From Deltaproteobacteria bacterium (GTDB lineage: Bacteria > UBA10199 > JADGCS01), in NCBI GenBank assembly GCA_024233595.1, contig JACKPK010000010.1, positions 2,373 through 66,372 on the forward strand: DNA of 64,000 nucleotides, read 5' to 3'. The position numbers and the translations under genes are program-made. Below, in pieces: positions 19,596-27,197 of the stretch. Position 1 is the stretch's first letter. Each line of letters starts with the position of its first letter. The notes under the pieces were generated by a model. It had not been told where the DNA came from and made no database searches. It saw nothing but the letters and a program-made list of their open reading frames with translations.

Positions 19596-20458
19596 GAGCT
19601 TTCCCCTTTCTTGGATTTGTTTTTTGTGACCGGAAAGAGTTGAAAGTTTATTTGGTAAACATCGTCAAATTTTTCGTTGCTTCCTTCTAGTTCGTTGAGC
19701 TTGGAAACAATGCGATCACGAAAAGCATAAAAGTCCTGAATGACCTCTTCAAACATTTTTTTAGGCAAGGGCACGGTGAGCGCATAAAAACTGCGCTCTT
19801 CTTGAGGAATGTCGATAAGCGCTTGCCGAGCAATTTCTAAAACGTTTTCGTGATGATGAAAGCTAGCGGCTATTTGAGTGTCACGGTCCGGTGTGTGTAC
19901 GAATTGTTCGGTTTGTTTTAAATCGTCGTTTTTATCGCGTTTGAGTAAACCCAGTTTAATAAGGGTTTTAACAGCTTTGCGTGCTTGATCAGGACTAATG
20001 GCAGGGTAGCAACGTTTGGCAATGAATTTGTAATCTTCTTTAAAGTCTTTGAGCATGACCATTTCTCGAATGGTCACATAGTGATGCTCGCTGATGTATT
20101 CGTTAAAATTTTTATCATCTTTGAATTCTTGCGAGCGAGGTCTTTGTTTGATGAGTTTGCTGAAGAGTTCTGTTTTTTTATCTGGATCTGCTTCTTGGTT
20201 GTATTGAACCAAGGTTAAAAAATAGGTGCTTTGCTTTTTATTCAGCAAGAAGGCCTTGGAAAAATTTTTTGCTGTGTCATCTTTGATGTTGCGTCGACCG
20301 TCGATGATCATTTTTAAATAACCAGGTGAACGTAGTTTTGCTTTCTTAGCAAAGTCGCGAAGATTGAACTGACCTGTGGCGCGCAATTCCTCACTAAGAT
20401 CGTTAAGAAAGGCGCGGTAATCAAGATAGGTGAAGATGTCTGTTTTGCTCTTGGTCAT
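19592..20458 (-). CDS. TIGR02147-family protein (N-terminal HTH, DUF4423-like)
   Basis: 288 aa. 'IFTYLDYRAFLND...LRDFAKKAKLRSPGYLKMIIDGRRNI....A..F.KAF.L...Q..YF..LV.YNQA' fits the family pattern as I remember it. Confidence 0.75.
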   Translation of the reverse strand: MTKSKTDIFTYLDYRAFLNDLSEELRATGQFNLRDFAKKAKLRSPGYLKMIIDGRRNIKDDTAKNFSKAFLLNKKQSTYFLTLVQYNQEADPDKKTELFSKLIKQRPRSQEFKDDKNFNEYISEHHYVTIREMVMLKDFKEDYKFIAKRCYPAISPDQARKAVKTLIKLGLLKRDKNDDLKQTEQFVHTPDRDTQIAASFHHHENVLEIARQALIDIPQEERSFYALTVPLPKKMFEEVIQDFYAFRDRIVSKLNELEGSNEKFDDVYQINFQLFPVTKNKSKKGESS

Positions 20459-20464
20459 ATCCTT

Positions 20465-20493
20465 ATTATATATAAAATTTGTTTACAAAACAA
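20465..20493 (-). promoter_or_regulatory. Putative sigma70-type promoter for the TIGR02147 gene (possibly leaderless)
   Basis: On the minus strand: TTGTTT (20493-20488), a 17-nt spacer, then TATAAT (20470-20465). The predicted +1 falls at or near the ATG (20458). Confidence 0.35.
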
Positions 20494-20617
20494 TATGAGT
20501 TTTTATCTTTCTTGTTGGTATTCAATAATAAATTAAAAATATTGTTTACAATAATAATAAAAAATAAAGTAAAAACAATATATTAAAAATAATATTGTTA
20601 AAATACTTAAAAATAAG

Positions 20618-20646
20618 TTTACAAAAATGATTAAACTGTTTAGAAT
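20618..20646 (+). promoter_or_regulatory. Putative sigma70-type promoter for lipoprotein paralog B
   Basis: TTTACA (20618-20623), a 17-nt spacer, then TAGAAT (20641-20646). It lies ~120 nt upstream of ATG 20768. Confidence 0.4.
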
Positions 20647-20767
20647 GGTATTCAGGTTTAGCAGTAATGCTAAAAATTTGTTAACACAACGTTTCTTTCT
20701 GAAGACGAGAGGCTCTTCAAAAAGAAACAACGGAGGGCGAAAGCCTCTCGACCTTTTGGGGGTTAAA

Positions 20768-21511
20768 ATGACAACACGATACACACAAAAACAAAACTTA
20801 GTAAAACTCATCTTGGCTGGAACAATTCTTGTTTCAAGCTTTGCTTGCGGCAGCGCAAGTTCAACATCAGGTATTTCTGATGCAGATGATTCTTCGAGTA
20901 ATTCTTCTGTTGCTTCTGCAGCAGGTGCTTTATTTGGTGGTAGCAGTTCACAATCAAGTAATCTGACTGTTCCTTCTGCTTTGTTGCAAGAAGCAATTCG
21001 TCACGCTGAAGAGGAATCCGAAGAAGATGGCAACGAAACATGCAATACAATAGAAGATGAATCCGGTCCCAGTGGCATTGTTATGGGATACAATGGCGCA
21101 GAAGGATCTTATGGTGCAGAAGATTACGCCATGGATGTTTTAGAAGAGGATTTTTGCCGTGATTCAGACAACAACGAAAACACTGGCACTGGTCCAGATG
21201 GAGTTGGTCTTTTTGGAACATTCGAAATGGAAGAGGATGTGATCGGTAACTGTGAAGATGCTGATGGCAATGCTTTTACCATAGATATGTTAGCCGGTTC
21301 TTCAGGTATCTGGAGAAACACAGGTGATTATCAGCCAGAAATCTACGGAACCTTTGTCGTAGAAGACGAAAGCGGTAACCAAACCACAATCGACTGCACC
21401 ATTTTCCTAGATGAAGACGAGAACATCGTTCAAGCTTCTTGTTCAGATGAGAATGGGGTGGAAGTGGAGCAGGAGTCAGAAACTGAATGCTCTTTTAGTA
21501 GCGAGGAATAA
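20768..21511 (+). CDS. Acidic Cys-rich lipoprotein, paralog B
   Basis: I chose internal ATG 20768 because 'MTTRYTQKQNLVKLILAGTILVSSFAC' is a signal peptide plus lipobox. The ORF-track start 20627 lies in the AT-rich intergenic region. Paralogous to 18846-19595. Confidence 0.7.
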   Translation: MTTRYTQKQNLVKLILAGTILVSSFACGSASSTSGISDADDSSSNSSVASAAGALFGGSSSQSSNLTVPSALLQEAIRHAEEESEEDGNETCNTIEDESGPSGIVMGYNGAEGSYGAEDYAMDVLEEDFCRDSDNNENTGTGPDGVGLFGTFEMEEDVIGNCEDADGNAFTIDMLAGSSGIWRNTGDYQPEIYGTFVVEDESGNQTTIDCTIFLDEDENIVQASCSDENGVEVEQESETECSFSSEE

Positions 21512-21516
21512 GCCTT

Positions 21517-21636
21517 AAACAAACGAGGTTTGCGAATCTCGGCGTTACTGCCCAAAAACCAAATCCTCAAGTACTTTATGTACGTTCCGGTTTGGTTTTT
21601 GGGCAAAGCCTTGATCTCCGCAAACCTCGTTTGTTT
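21517..21636. repeat. 120-bp nested imperfect palindrome between convergent genes (bidirectional terminator or MITE-like element)
   Basis: Outer arms aaacaaacgaggtttgcg (21517-21534) / cgcaaacctcgtttgttt (21619-21636). Inner arms gcccaaaaaccaaa (21550-21563) / tttggtttttgggc (21591-21604). Apical gtac-tttat-gtac. Confidence 0.6.
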
Positions 21637-21671
21637 TTATTAATCTCGATCTTCATCATCCTGGCTTATTT

Positions 21672-23114
21672 TTATTCCTGGATTACCGATTCTCGCCACT
21701 TTCTCACAACATCCTCCCATTTGTAATTCTCATTGGCCCACTTGATTGCGTTTTTGCTGAGGGTGCTGTGTTTTTTTGGATCTTGATCCAGTTCTTGAAT
21801 GGATTTTGTTAAAGCATTGGCTGCTTCAGTTTGATTTTCTGATCGTGGGAGCACAAGCCCTGTGACATTGTGTTGGATAGTTTCTTTAAGCGCGCCACCA
21901 TCTTGGCAGATCACAGGAACCCCGCAGGCCTGTGCTTCAATGGCAACAATGCAGGATGTTTCTAAGTTTTGTAAGCTATTGGGGTGCAAGAGATAACGAC
22001 ACGATTGCATGACTTTAGCAAACTCTGGTTTTGCCAAACTCCCCAAAAAACGCACGCCCTCAGTTTGGAGAGCGTTCTGGACAGCTTGATAAGATTCATC
22101 ATCTTCAAAGTTTTCTTTTTGCGTGTAGGTGCAACAGAGCAATTCGTAGTCAGGATCTTGTTTGCGCAAATTTTCTAAAACTTTAACTGCGGTGGTGAGG
22201 CCACGCTCTGGCCTGCTAGCAAATAAGATTTTTTTGGATTGAGGGTTTGGGATTGGGAAAAACAGATTGGGGTCGAAGCCGTTTGTTGTTTGGTGAAAAC
22301 GGGAATTGGTCCAATCTGGAAAGCGTTCTTGCCAGCGTTTTTGATGACTTTGACTCAGGAACAAGACGTCGTCGATTCGGTAATTTTGCGGTGAGAAGTT
22401 TCGGTAGACCTCGGTAAAAGCATCATCGTGTAACCAAAGAGTGTGTCGTGCCTTGGGGTTCAGGTTGCCTAAAAAAGGATCGGCAAAACGAGTCGCGATA
22501 ATGTTAGGGAATTGATTGAGAGCGTGCCGGTAAGCAAATTCTGAAATCTCAAAATACGAAACCCCTTGGTGTTGACCTGGCTGATCGCAGTTACAAAACA
22601 CCGCGACTTTAAGTCCTTGGTTTTTTAAAGCCTGGGCAACGTAAATCAGAGCTGATTCGGAACCGCCCAGAGCGCGTTCGTTTAGGGTGTTGGCGTTGAA
22701 TTTTTTTTCAAAAAAAATACCGCCGGTGCAAAGAACAACATCAAACTGTTCTTGGTCATCGGCAATGCTTTTTCCTTTGAGGCGTTTTATATTTGTAAAA
22801 GCTTGGTTGTTTGCGGGATTGATCGCAAAGGCGATTTTGTAATGACTGATTGCAGCGTCTGACTGTCCTTGTTTTTCAAAAAGGAGAGCTTTAAAAAAAT
22901 AACTACTGGCATCATGCAGAACATTGGCGTCTAATTGTTCTAAGTAAAAATACGCAGCTTTAAAGAGCTTGGCCTCAATGGCAATTGCAATCACAGTTCT
23001 GAGGTTTTCGACTGTTTTGAATTCGTTGAGCTCTTGTTCTGCTAAAGGCAGGGCATCAGCAAATTTTTTTTGTTGTAGCAAAAGATTGATTTGTTCTTGC
23101 CATGTAGTGCTCAT
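21672..23114 (-). CDS. TPR-repeat protein fused to a GT4-type (GT-B) glycosyltransferase
   Basis: 480 aa with N-terminal TPRs. The C-terminal part has 'E.SCIVAIEAQACGVPVI......L.E.I.....G' typical of family 4 glycosyltransferases. Confidence 0.75.
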   Translation of the reverse strand: MSTTWQEQINLLLQQKKFADALPLAEQELNEFKTVENLRTVIAIAIEAKLFKAAYFYLEQLDANVLHDASSYFFKALLFEKQGQSDAAISHYKIAFAINPANNQAFTNIKRLKGKSIADDQEQFDVVLCTGGIFFEKKFNANTLNERALGGSESALIYVAQALKNQGLKVAVFCNCDQPGQHQGVSYFEISEFAYRHALNQFPNIIATRFADPFLGNLNPKARHTLWLHDDAFTEVYRNFSPQNYRIDDVLFLSQSHQKRWQERFPDWTNSRFHQTTNGFDPNLFFPIPNPQSKKILFASRPERGLTTAVKVLENLRKQDPDYELLCCTYTQKENFEDDESYQAVQNALQTEGVRFLGSLAKPEFAKVMQSCRYLLHPNSLQNLETSCIVAIEAQACGVPVICQDGGALKETIQHNVTGLVLPRSENQTEAANALTKSIQELDQDPKKHSTLSKNAIKWANENYKWEDVVRKWRESVIQE

Positions 23115-23254
23115 GAGGTGTTCGTATTATTTATCTTGCTTGTCGGCAAGCGAATCTGATGATTTTGTGCACTGACAATCGTGATTGCCAGATGACTGTA
23201 GAACTCGATAGAGCAGGGCGAGACACTCTTATTGTATCATTTTAGGGAGATAAA

Positions 23255-24427
23255 ATGAGGATCCGATTTAAAAAGACCGTCATCTGTGTTTTGTTTTTGT
23301 GTACAGTGCTGCCTCTTGGCAGCGTTTTTGCGCAAAAGCCAAGCTTAAAAATCGCCGTGGTGGAACGCTCTCGGCTTTTAAACTCAAATGAAGCACGTGG
23401 GACTCTTCTTAAACTTGCGGCCTCTTATAAAAAACAAATTTTAAGAAGAACAAACTCATCTCTTCGTATCGATTTAAAAAAAATACCGTTCTCAGGTGAT
23501 CAAGAACGTTTAAAAGAACAATTAGAACAATTTGTGGCTGATGGCGGGCATTTTGTTTTTCTTCCTGATGACCCAGAGGCGCAAAGTGAAATCTTGGCAA
23601 AACAAGCCAAATTGCCTGTGAGCTTTTTGTCTTTTAGCGGATCAAAACCCAAAAAGCTCCCTAAGAAACGCTATTGGCGTTTTGTACCGGACACAACGGC
23701 GGGGTTGCAAGGTTTGGCGGAGCGTCTCAATGCCAAAGGCATTCAGAATGTGATTCTTGTGGCAGAAGATTCCGAAGCGGGAGAGCAAAGGCTGAGTTCA
23801 TTCACAAAGCTTTGGAGTGCCCGCAAAGGAAAAGTGCAACTGGTCGTTAAGCATGACCAAAAATTAGGGCGTGTTTCTAAAATCACAGCCGACCTGATCC
23901 GTGGTGTTAGCGAGAGCCTGCAAGAAGCAGAAAAAACAGCCATTGTTTTGATGATTCCTGAATTTTACGATGAGATTTTAGCTGATGCCGAACACTTTGC
24001 GATTTTAAAAAAGGTGTCTTGGTATGCAGAGGAGTCCGTATTTAAAGATAATGTGTTAGATCGCGGCTTTTCGCAGGCTATGGCTGCTGCGGTTAAATTA
24101 ACGGCGATTCGTTTACAAGAGCGTGCGTCTTCTAAAACCTATCGAGGCATTCAGTATCGCTTGAAACAAGGGGTCAGAAGTAAAACCAGTTTTGCCGATT
24201 GGGCGGCTGTGGATGCGTTGTTTTTGTTAACGGATCAAGCGATAAAAGACCCGCGTTTTTGGGAACAGAAGAATTGGCAAAGCGATTTCATAGAATCGGC
24301 AGCGAGTAAAAATCTCTTTACTGGTCGTTTTGACTTTGATCGCAATCAATTAAGAAGTGGTGGCTCATTTGAAATCAAACAGGTCACCGAGCGTAATGGC
24401 AGGGTTTATTGGAAAGTTATTAAGTGA
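23255..24427 (+). CDS. Secreted protein, possible type-I periplasmic-binding-protein fold
   Basis: 390 aa with signal peptide 'VICVLFLCTVLPLGSVFA'. The alternating beta/alpha pattern resembles LivK/ANF-receptor-like binding proteins. This is a weak call. Confidence 0.35.
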   Translation: MRIRFKKTVICVLFLCTVLPLGSVFAQKPSLKIAVVERSRLLNSNEARGTLLKLAASYKKQILRRTNSSLRIDLKKIPFSGDQERLKEQLEQFVADGGHFVFLPDDPEAQSEILAKQAKLPVSFLSFSGSKPKKLPKKRYWRFVPDTTAGLQGLAERLNAKGIQNVILVAEDSEAGEQRLSSFTKLWSARKGKVQLVVKHDQKLGRVSKITADLIRGVSESLQEAEKTAIVLMIPEFYDEILADAEHFAILKKVSWYAEESVFKDNVLDRGFSQAMAAAVKLTAIRLQERASSKTYRGIQYRLKQGVRSKTSFADWAAVDALFLLTDQAIKDPRFWEQKNWQSDFIESAASKNLFTGRFDFDRNQLRSGGSFEIKQVTERNGRVYWKVIK

Positions 24428-24434
24428 TGACTTC

Positions 24435-26159
24435 TTAAAAACTTTTGTTTTTAAGCTCTACATTGATGCGTTCTAAAGTCTCGCTCCAACTATTAACCTG
24501 TTCTTGATGAAACAAAGTGAGGCTCTGAAACCACTTGGACGCTGTTTTGTTTTGATTATTTGGTGCGGGCTCAAAATCGTGCCCATGAACCCGGTGACAA
24601 AGCATCCAGGTTTCTTTGCCTAGAGCGGCAGATAAAATCGCGTTGCAGGAATTAATCGAAATCACCAAATCGAGGCTCGCGATCAAAGCGGCCAGCTCAT
24701 CGAGATCGTCTTTTAAATTGATGTTCTCTAAGTGTAATAAATCAAGTCCGGTGCGTTGGGTGAAATCAGCGCGTTCTTTGCTAGTGTCGCCATATTGTAA
24801 ATCAACAAAACAAATGTCTTTTAAAGCGAGGATGTTTTGCCAGCTTAAAAGAGGGATGCTGGAACGGTTGCGCACACTACGGTCCAGGCCTTCTGATTTA
24901 GCAAAGCTGCGCCAATTGATCCCAATAAAATGCTTTTTGTCAGAAAGTGAGCTGAGTTTTTGTCGCCATTTATTTTGTTTTTTTGTGCAGGCCTTTAAAT
25001 AGGATGGCAAGGCTTCGTGTTTGGGTTCAAAGAAAAGAGGTCCCAAAGCGGTGGCGCTGGACGCGTAAAAATCGATGGTGTCGTCTTGGCTTGGTTCAGG
25101 AATGGGGCGATTTGTGGGCACAACTTCTGTTCCTGGAAAACTGCGTTCAAATAACGTTTTTAAACGAGCGTCAGCTTCTATGATGAGGAAGTCGACTTCC
25201 TGTTGCAGTTTAGAAAAAGTTTGCGCAAAAAAAATCTCGTCTCCCACACCTTGCTCAGAGAGAAGCAATAAAGCCTTTTTGTTTAATGGTTCTCCGGTCC
25301 ATAACGTTTGCGAAAGGTGTTGGAGGTGTTTGTATTCGGGCAGGCTGAGTCTGGCTTCGTAAGCTTGTTGCGCTTCTTTAAAAAGGTTTAATTTAAAAAG
25401 CACCAGAGCCTTGTGGAAACTCACTCTTTTGTCGTTTGGGGTTAGTCTTTCGGCCTGCTCAAATTCGGCAAGGGCTTTAAGCCACTGCTCTTGCTCCTTG
25501 TAAACCAAAGCTTTTTGACAAAGCGCCGGCGTGTAATTGGGGTTGATTTGCAACACTGTGTCTATGAGTTTGGTTGCTGCTTCAAGATTGCCAAGGTCTA
25601 ATTCAAGGGCAGCTAAATTGTGTAAGGCAGGGATGTGTCTAGGAGCAATTTCTAAGGCATTTGTGTAGGCAGCGTGGGCTTTGCGGTCTTCGCCTAAACT
25701 CCGAAAGCAATTGCCCAAATTAGTCCACGTTTTGAGGTGTTTGGGCTGTGCTTGCAAGGCTTTGTGAAAATACTCCAAAGCTTGCTCGTGATTTTGTGTG
25801 GTCGACAACAGAATTCCTTTTTGACACAGGGCTTCGGTGTAATGAGGATCTAGCTGTAATGCCTGATCAAAGGCTTGTGCAGCTTTGCTAGGGTTTGCTG
25901 TTTTTTGGAAAGCCAGTCCCAAATTAAACCAAGCTGCTTTGTTGTCTTTTTGAAGGTCCAAGCTTTTTTGTAAATGAAGAATGGCATCAGACTCTTGTCG
26001 GCTTTGGATCAGAGCGGTTCCCAAAAGAAAGTGGGCCTGGTCTGAATGACTGTGTTGTTTTAAAAAGTCGCGGTAAAGTGAGATCGCTGTTTTGATGTCT
26101 CCTTGTTGGTGGAGATTTTTTATGTGTTCTAAATTTTGAGGAGATGTTTTTTCACCCAT
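24435..26159 (-). CDS. TPR-repeat protein with C-terminal GT9 (heptosyltransferase)-like domain
   Basis: 574 aa, with ~8 TPRs followed by 'LLLSEQGVGDEIFF' and 'LDELAALIASLDLVISINSCNAILSAALGK', typical of GT9-like TPR fusion proteins. Confidence 0.65.
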   Translation of the reverse strand: MGEKTSPQNLEHIKNLHQQGDIKTAISLYRDFLKQHSHSDQAHFLLGTALIQSRQESDAILHLQKSLDLQKDNKAAWFNLGLAFQKTANPSKAAQAFDQALQLDPHYTEALCQKGILLSTTQNHEQALEYFHKALQAQPKHLKTWTNLGNCFRSLGEDRKAHAAYTNALEIAPRHIPALHNLAALELDLGNLEAATKLIDTVLQINPNYTPALCQKALVYKEQEQWLKALAEFEQAERLTPNDKRVSFHKALVLFKLNLFKEAQQAYEARLSLPEYKHLQHLSQTLWTGEPLNKKALLLLSEQGVGDEIFFAQTFSKLQQEVDFLIIEADARLKTLFERSFPGTEVVPTNRPIPEPSQDDTIDFYASSATALGPLFFEPKHEALPSYLKACTKKQNKWRQKLSSLSDKKHFIGINWRSFAKSEGLDRSVRNRSSIPLLSWQNILALKDICFVDLQYGDTSKERADFTQRTGLDLLHLENINLKDDLDELAALIASLDLVISINSCNAILSAALGKETWMLCHRVHGHDFEPAPNNQNKTASKWFQSLTLFHQEQVNSWSETLERINVELKNKSF

Positions 26160-26333
26160 GGTCTTTTCTTAAAGCAATAGTTAAACGCGAAATAAAGGCT
26201 TATTTGGGCATTTATCTGTTTAAAAAAAATTGCCTAAGCATGCGTGTTTGGGTAGGGGTGTTCAGATAGGCCTTTAATAAGTTTTTATTTTGGGCAGTTT
26301 TGACTTTTAAAAACCATGTTAAGGAGAACAAAA

Positions 26334-26564
26334 ATGGCTAAGAAAAAAGCAAAAAAGAAAGCAACCACTACTAAGAAAAAATCAAAAGAAATGCTTTTGG
26401 TTGGTAGCAAAACTAAAGACGCTTTGCGTTCTGCAGGATGCAACGTAGCTGGTGATGCATTGGATGCATTGAACGAAGTTGTTTACTGGTACATCCAACA
26501 AGCTTCTACACGTGCACAAGCAAACGGTCGTAAGACAGTTCGTGGTCACGATTTCATGGCTTAA
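26334..26564 (+). CDS. Histone-fold DNA-binding protein (bacterial histone, Bd0055-like) with Lys-rich N-terminal tail
   Basis: 76 aa. AAGGAG lies 7 nt upstream of ATG 26334. The core 'MLLVGSKTKDALRSAG.NV.GDALDALNEVV......AS.RAQANGRKTVRGHDF' carries the histone-fold 'GRKT(V/I)...D' signature. The tail is 'MAKKKAKKKATTTKKKSKE'. Confidence 0.7.
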   Translation: MAKKKAKKKATTTKKKSKEMLLVGSKTKDALRSAGCNVAGDALDALNEVVYWYIQQASTRAQANGRKTVRGHDFMA

Positions 26565-26586
26565 TTTGTATTTTATTTAAGCATAA

Positions 26587-26620
26587 AAAAACCCCGGTAC
26601 CTTGCGGTATCGGGGTTTTC
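26587..26620. terminator. Bidirectional rho-independent terminator between the histone gene and rpsT
   Basis: The stem aaaaccccg / cggggtttt is flanked by an A-run upstream and a T-run downstream. Confidence 0.75.
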
Positions 26621-26645
26621 TTTTGTCTAAAATCTTTAAAAAAGA

Positions 26646-26888
26646 TTACGCAGCGTTTTTCATAGCGCGTGCTACTTTTTTAGCAGCTGATTTACGTTTG
26701 ATCACACCTTTGCGAGCAGCAGTGTCTAATTTGCTTTGCAAAAGGCTCAAAAGTTTTGTGGCTTCTTCTTTAGGCGCATTGAGGAACTTTTTAGTCAATG
26801 TGTGTAGTTCTGCTTTAATGCTTTTGTTGCGAGCGTTTCTTTTTAAGTTCTGACGGTGCCTTTTGAGTGCCGATTTGTGGTTTGCCAT
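26646..26888 (-). CDS. rpsT: 30S ribosomal protein S20
   Basis: 80 aa starting 'MANHKSALKRHRQNLKRNARNKS', the canonical S20 N-terminus. The longer ORF-track start (27056) is rejected. Confidence 0.9.
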   Translation of the reverse strand: MANHKSALKRHRQNLKRNARNKSIKAELHTLTKKFLNAPKEEATKLLSLLQSKLDTAARKGVIKRKSAAKKVARAMKNAA

Positions 26889-27197
26889 AAAAATCTCCAA
26901 TAAATTCAAACTTTTTAAACGCCTATTCTGAATAAGCGTTTGGGAGCGCGTATCTACCAAAAACTTTGTCTCAGAGTCAATGAATCTTCCAAGAGAATCC
27001 CAAAGAAGCCTCTGATTTAGCCTGAATTGCATGACGAAGGTCTTATTTTTTCGCAAAATTATATGACGAAGGTGCTCTGGGTTTTCCTGTCTATTCTATA
27101 TAAATATAATAAAAACAATGTGTTATGTTTTTTGTCGTGTTTTTCAGGTGCAATTGAATCTTTTTACAGCTTTCCTGTTCTCTTATATAATACGTCT

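Noticed and set aside
20533-20811. 92-aa minus-strand ORF and the 20627 start of the 294-aa ORF in the AT-rich intergenic region
   Set aside because: The composition is extremely AT-rich and low-complexity (poly-Ile/Phe/Leu/Tyr), and the region overlaps promoter and operator repeats. The lipoprotein signal peptide begins at ATG 20768.
26646-27197. Long N-terminal extensions in the ORF track for rpsT (to 27056) and kdd (from 27027)
   Set aside because: The canonical S20 N-terminus starts at the Met encoded at 26888, and Kdd homology starts at ATG 27198. The extensions overlap each other in the divergent intergenic region.
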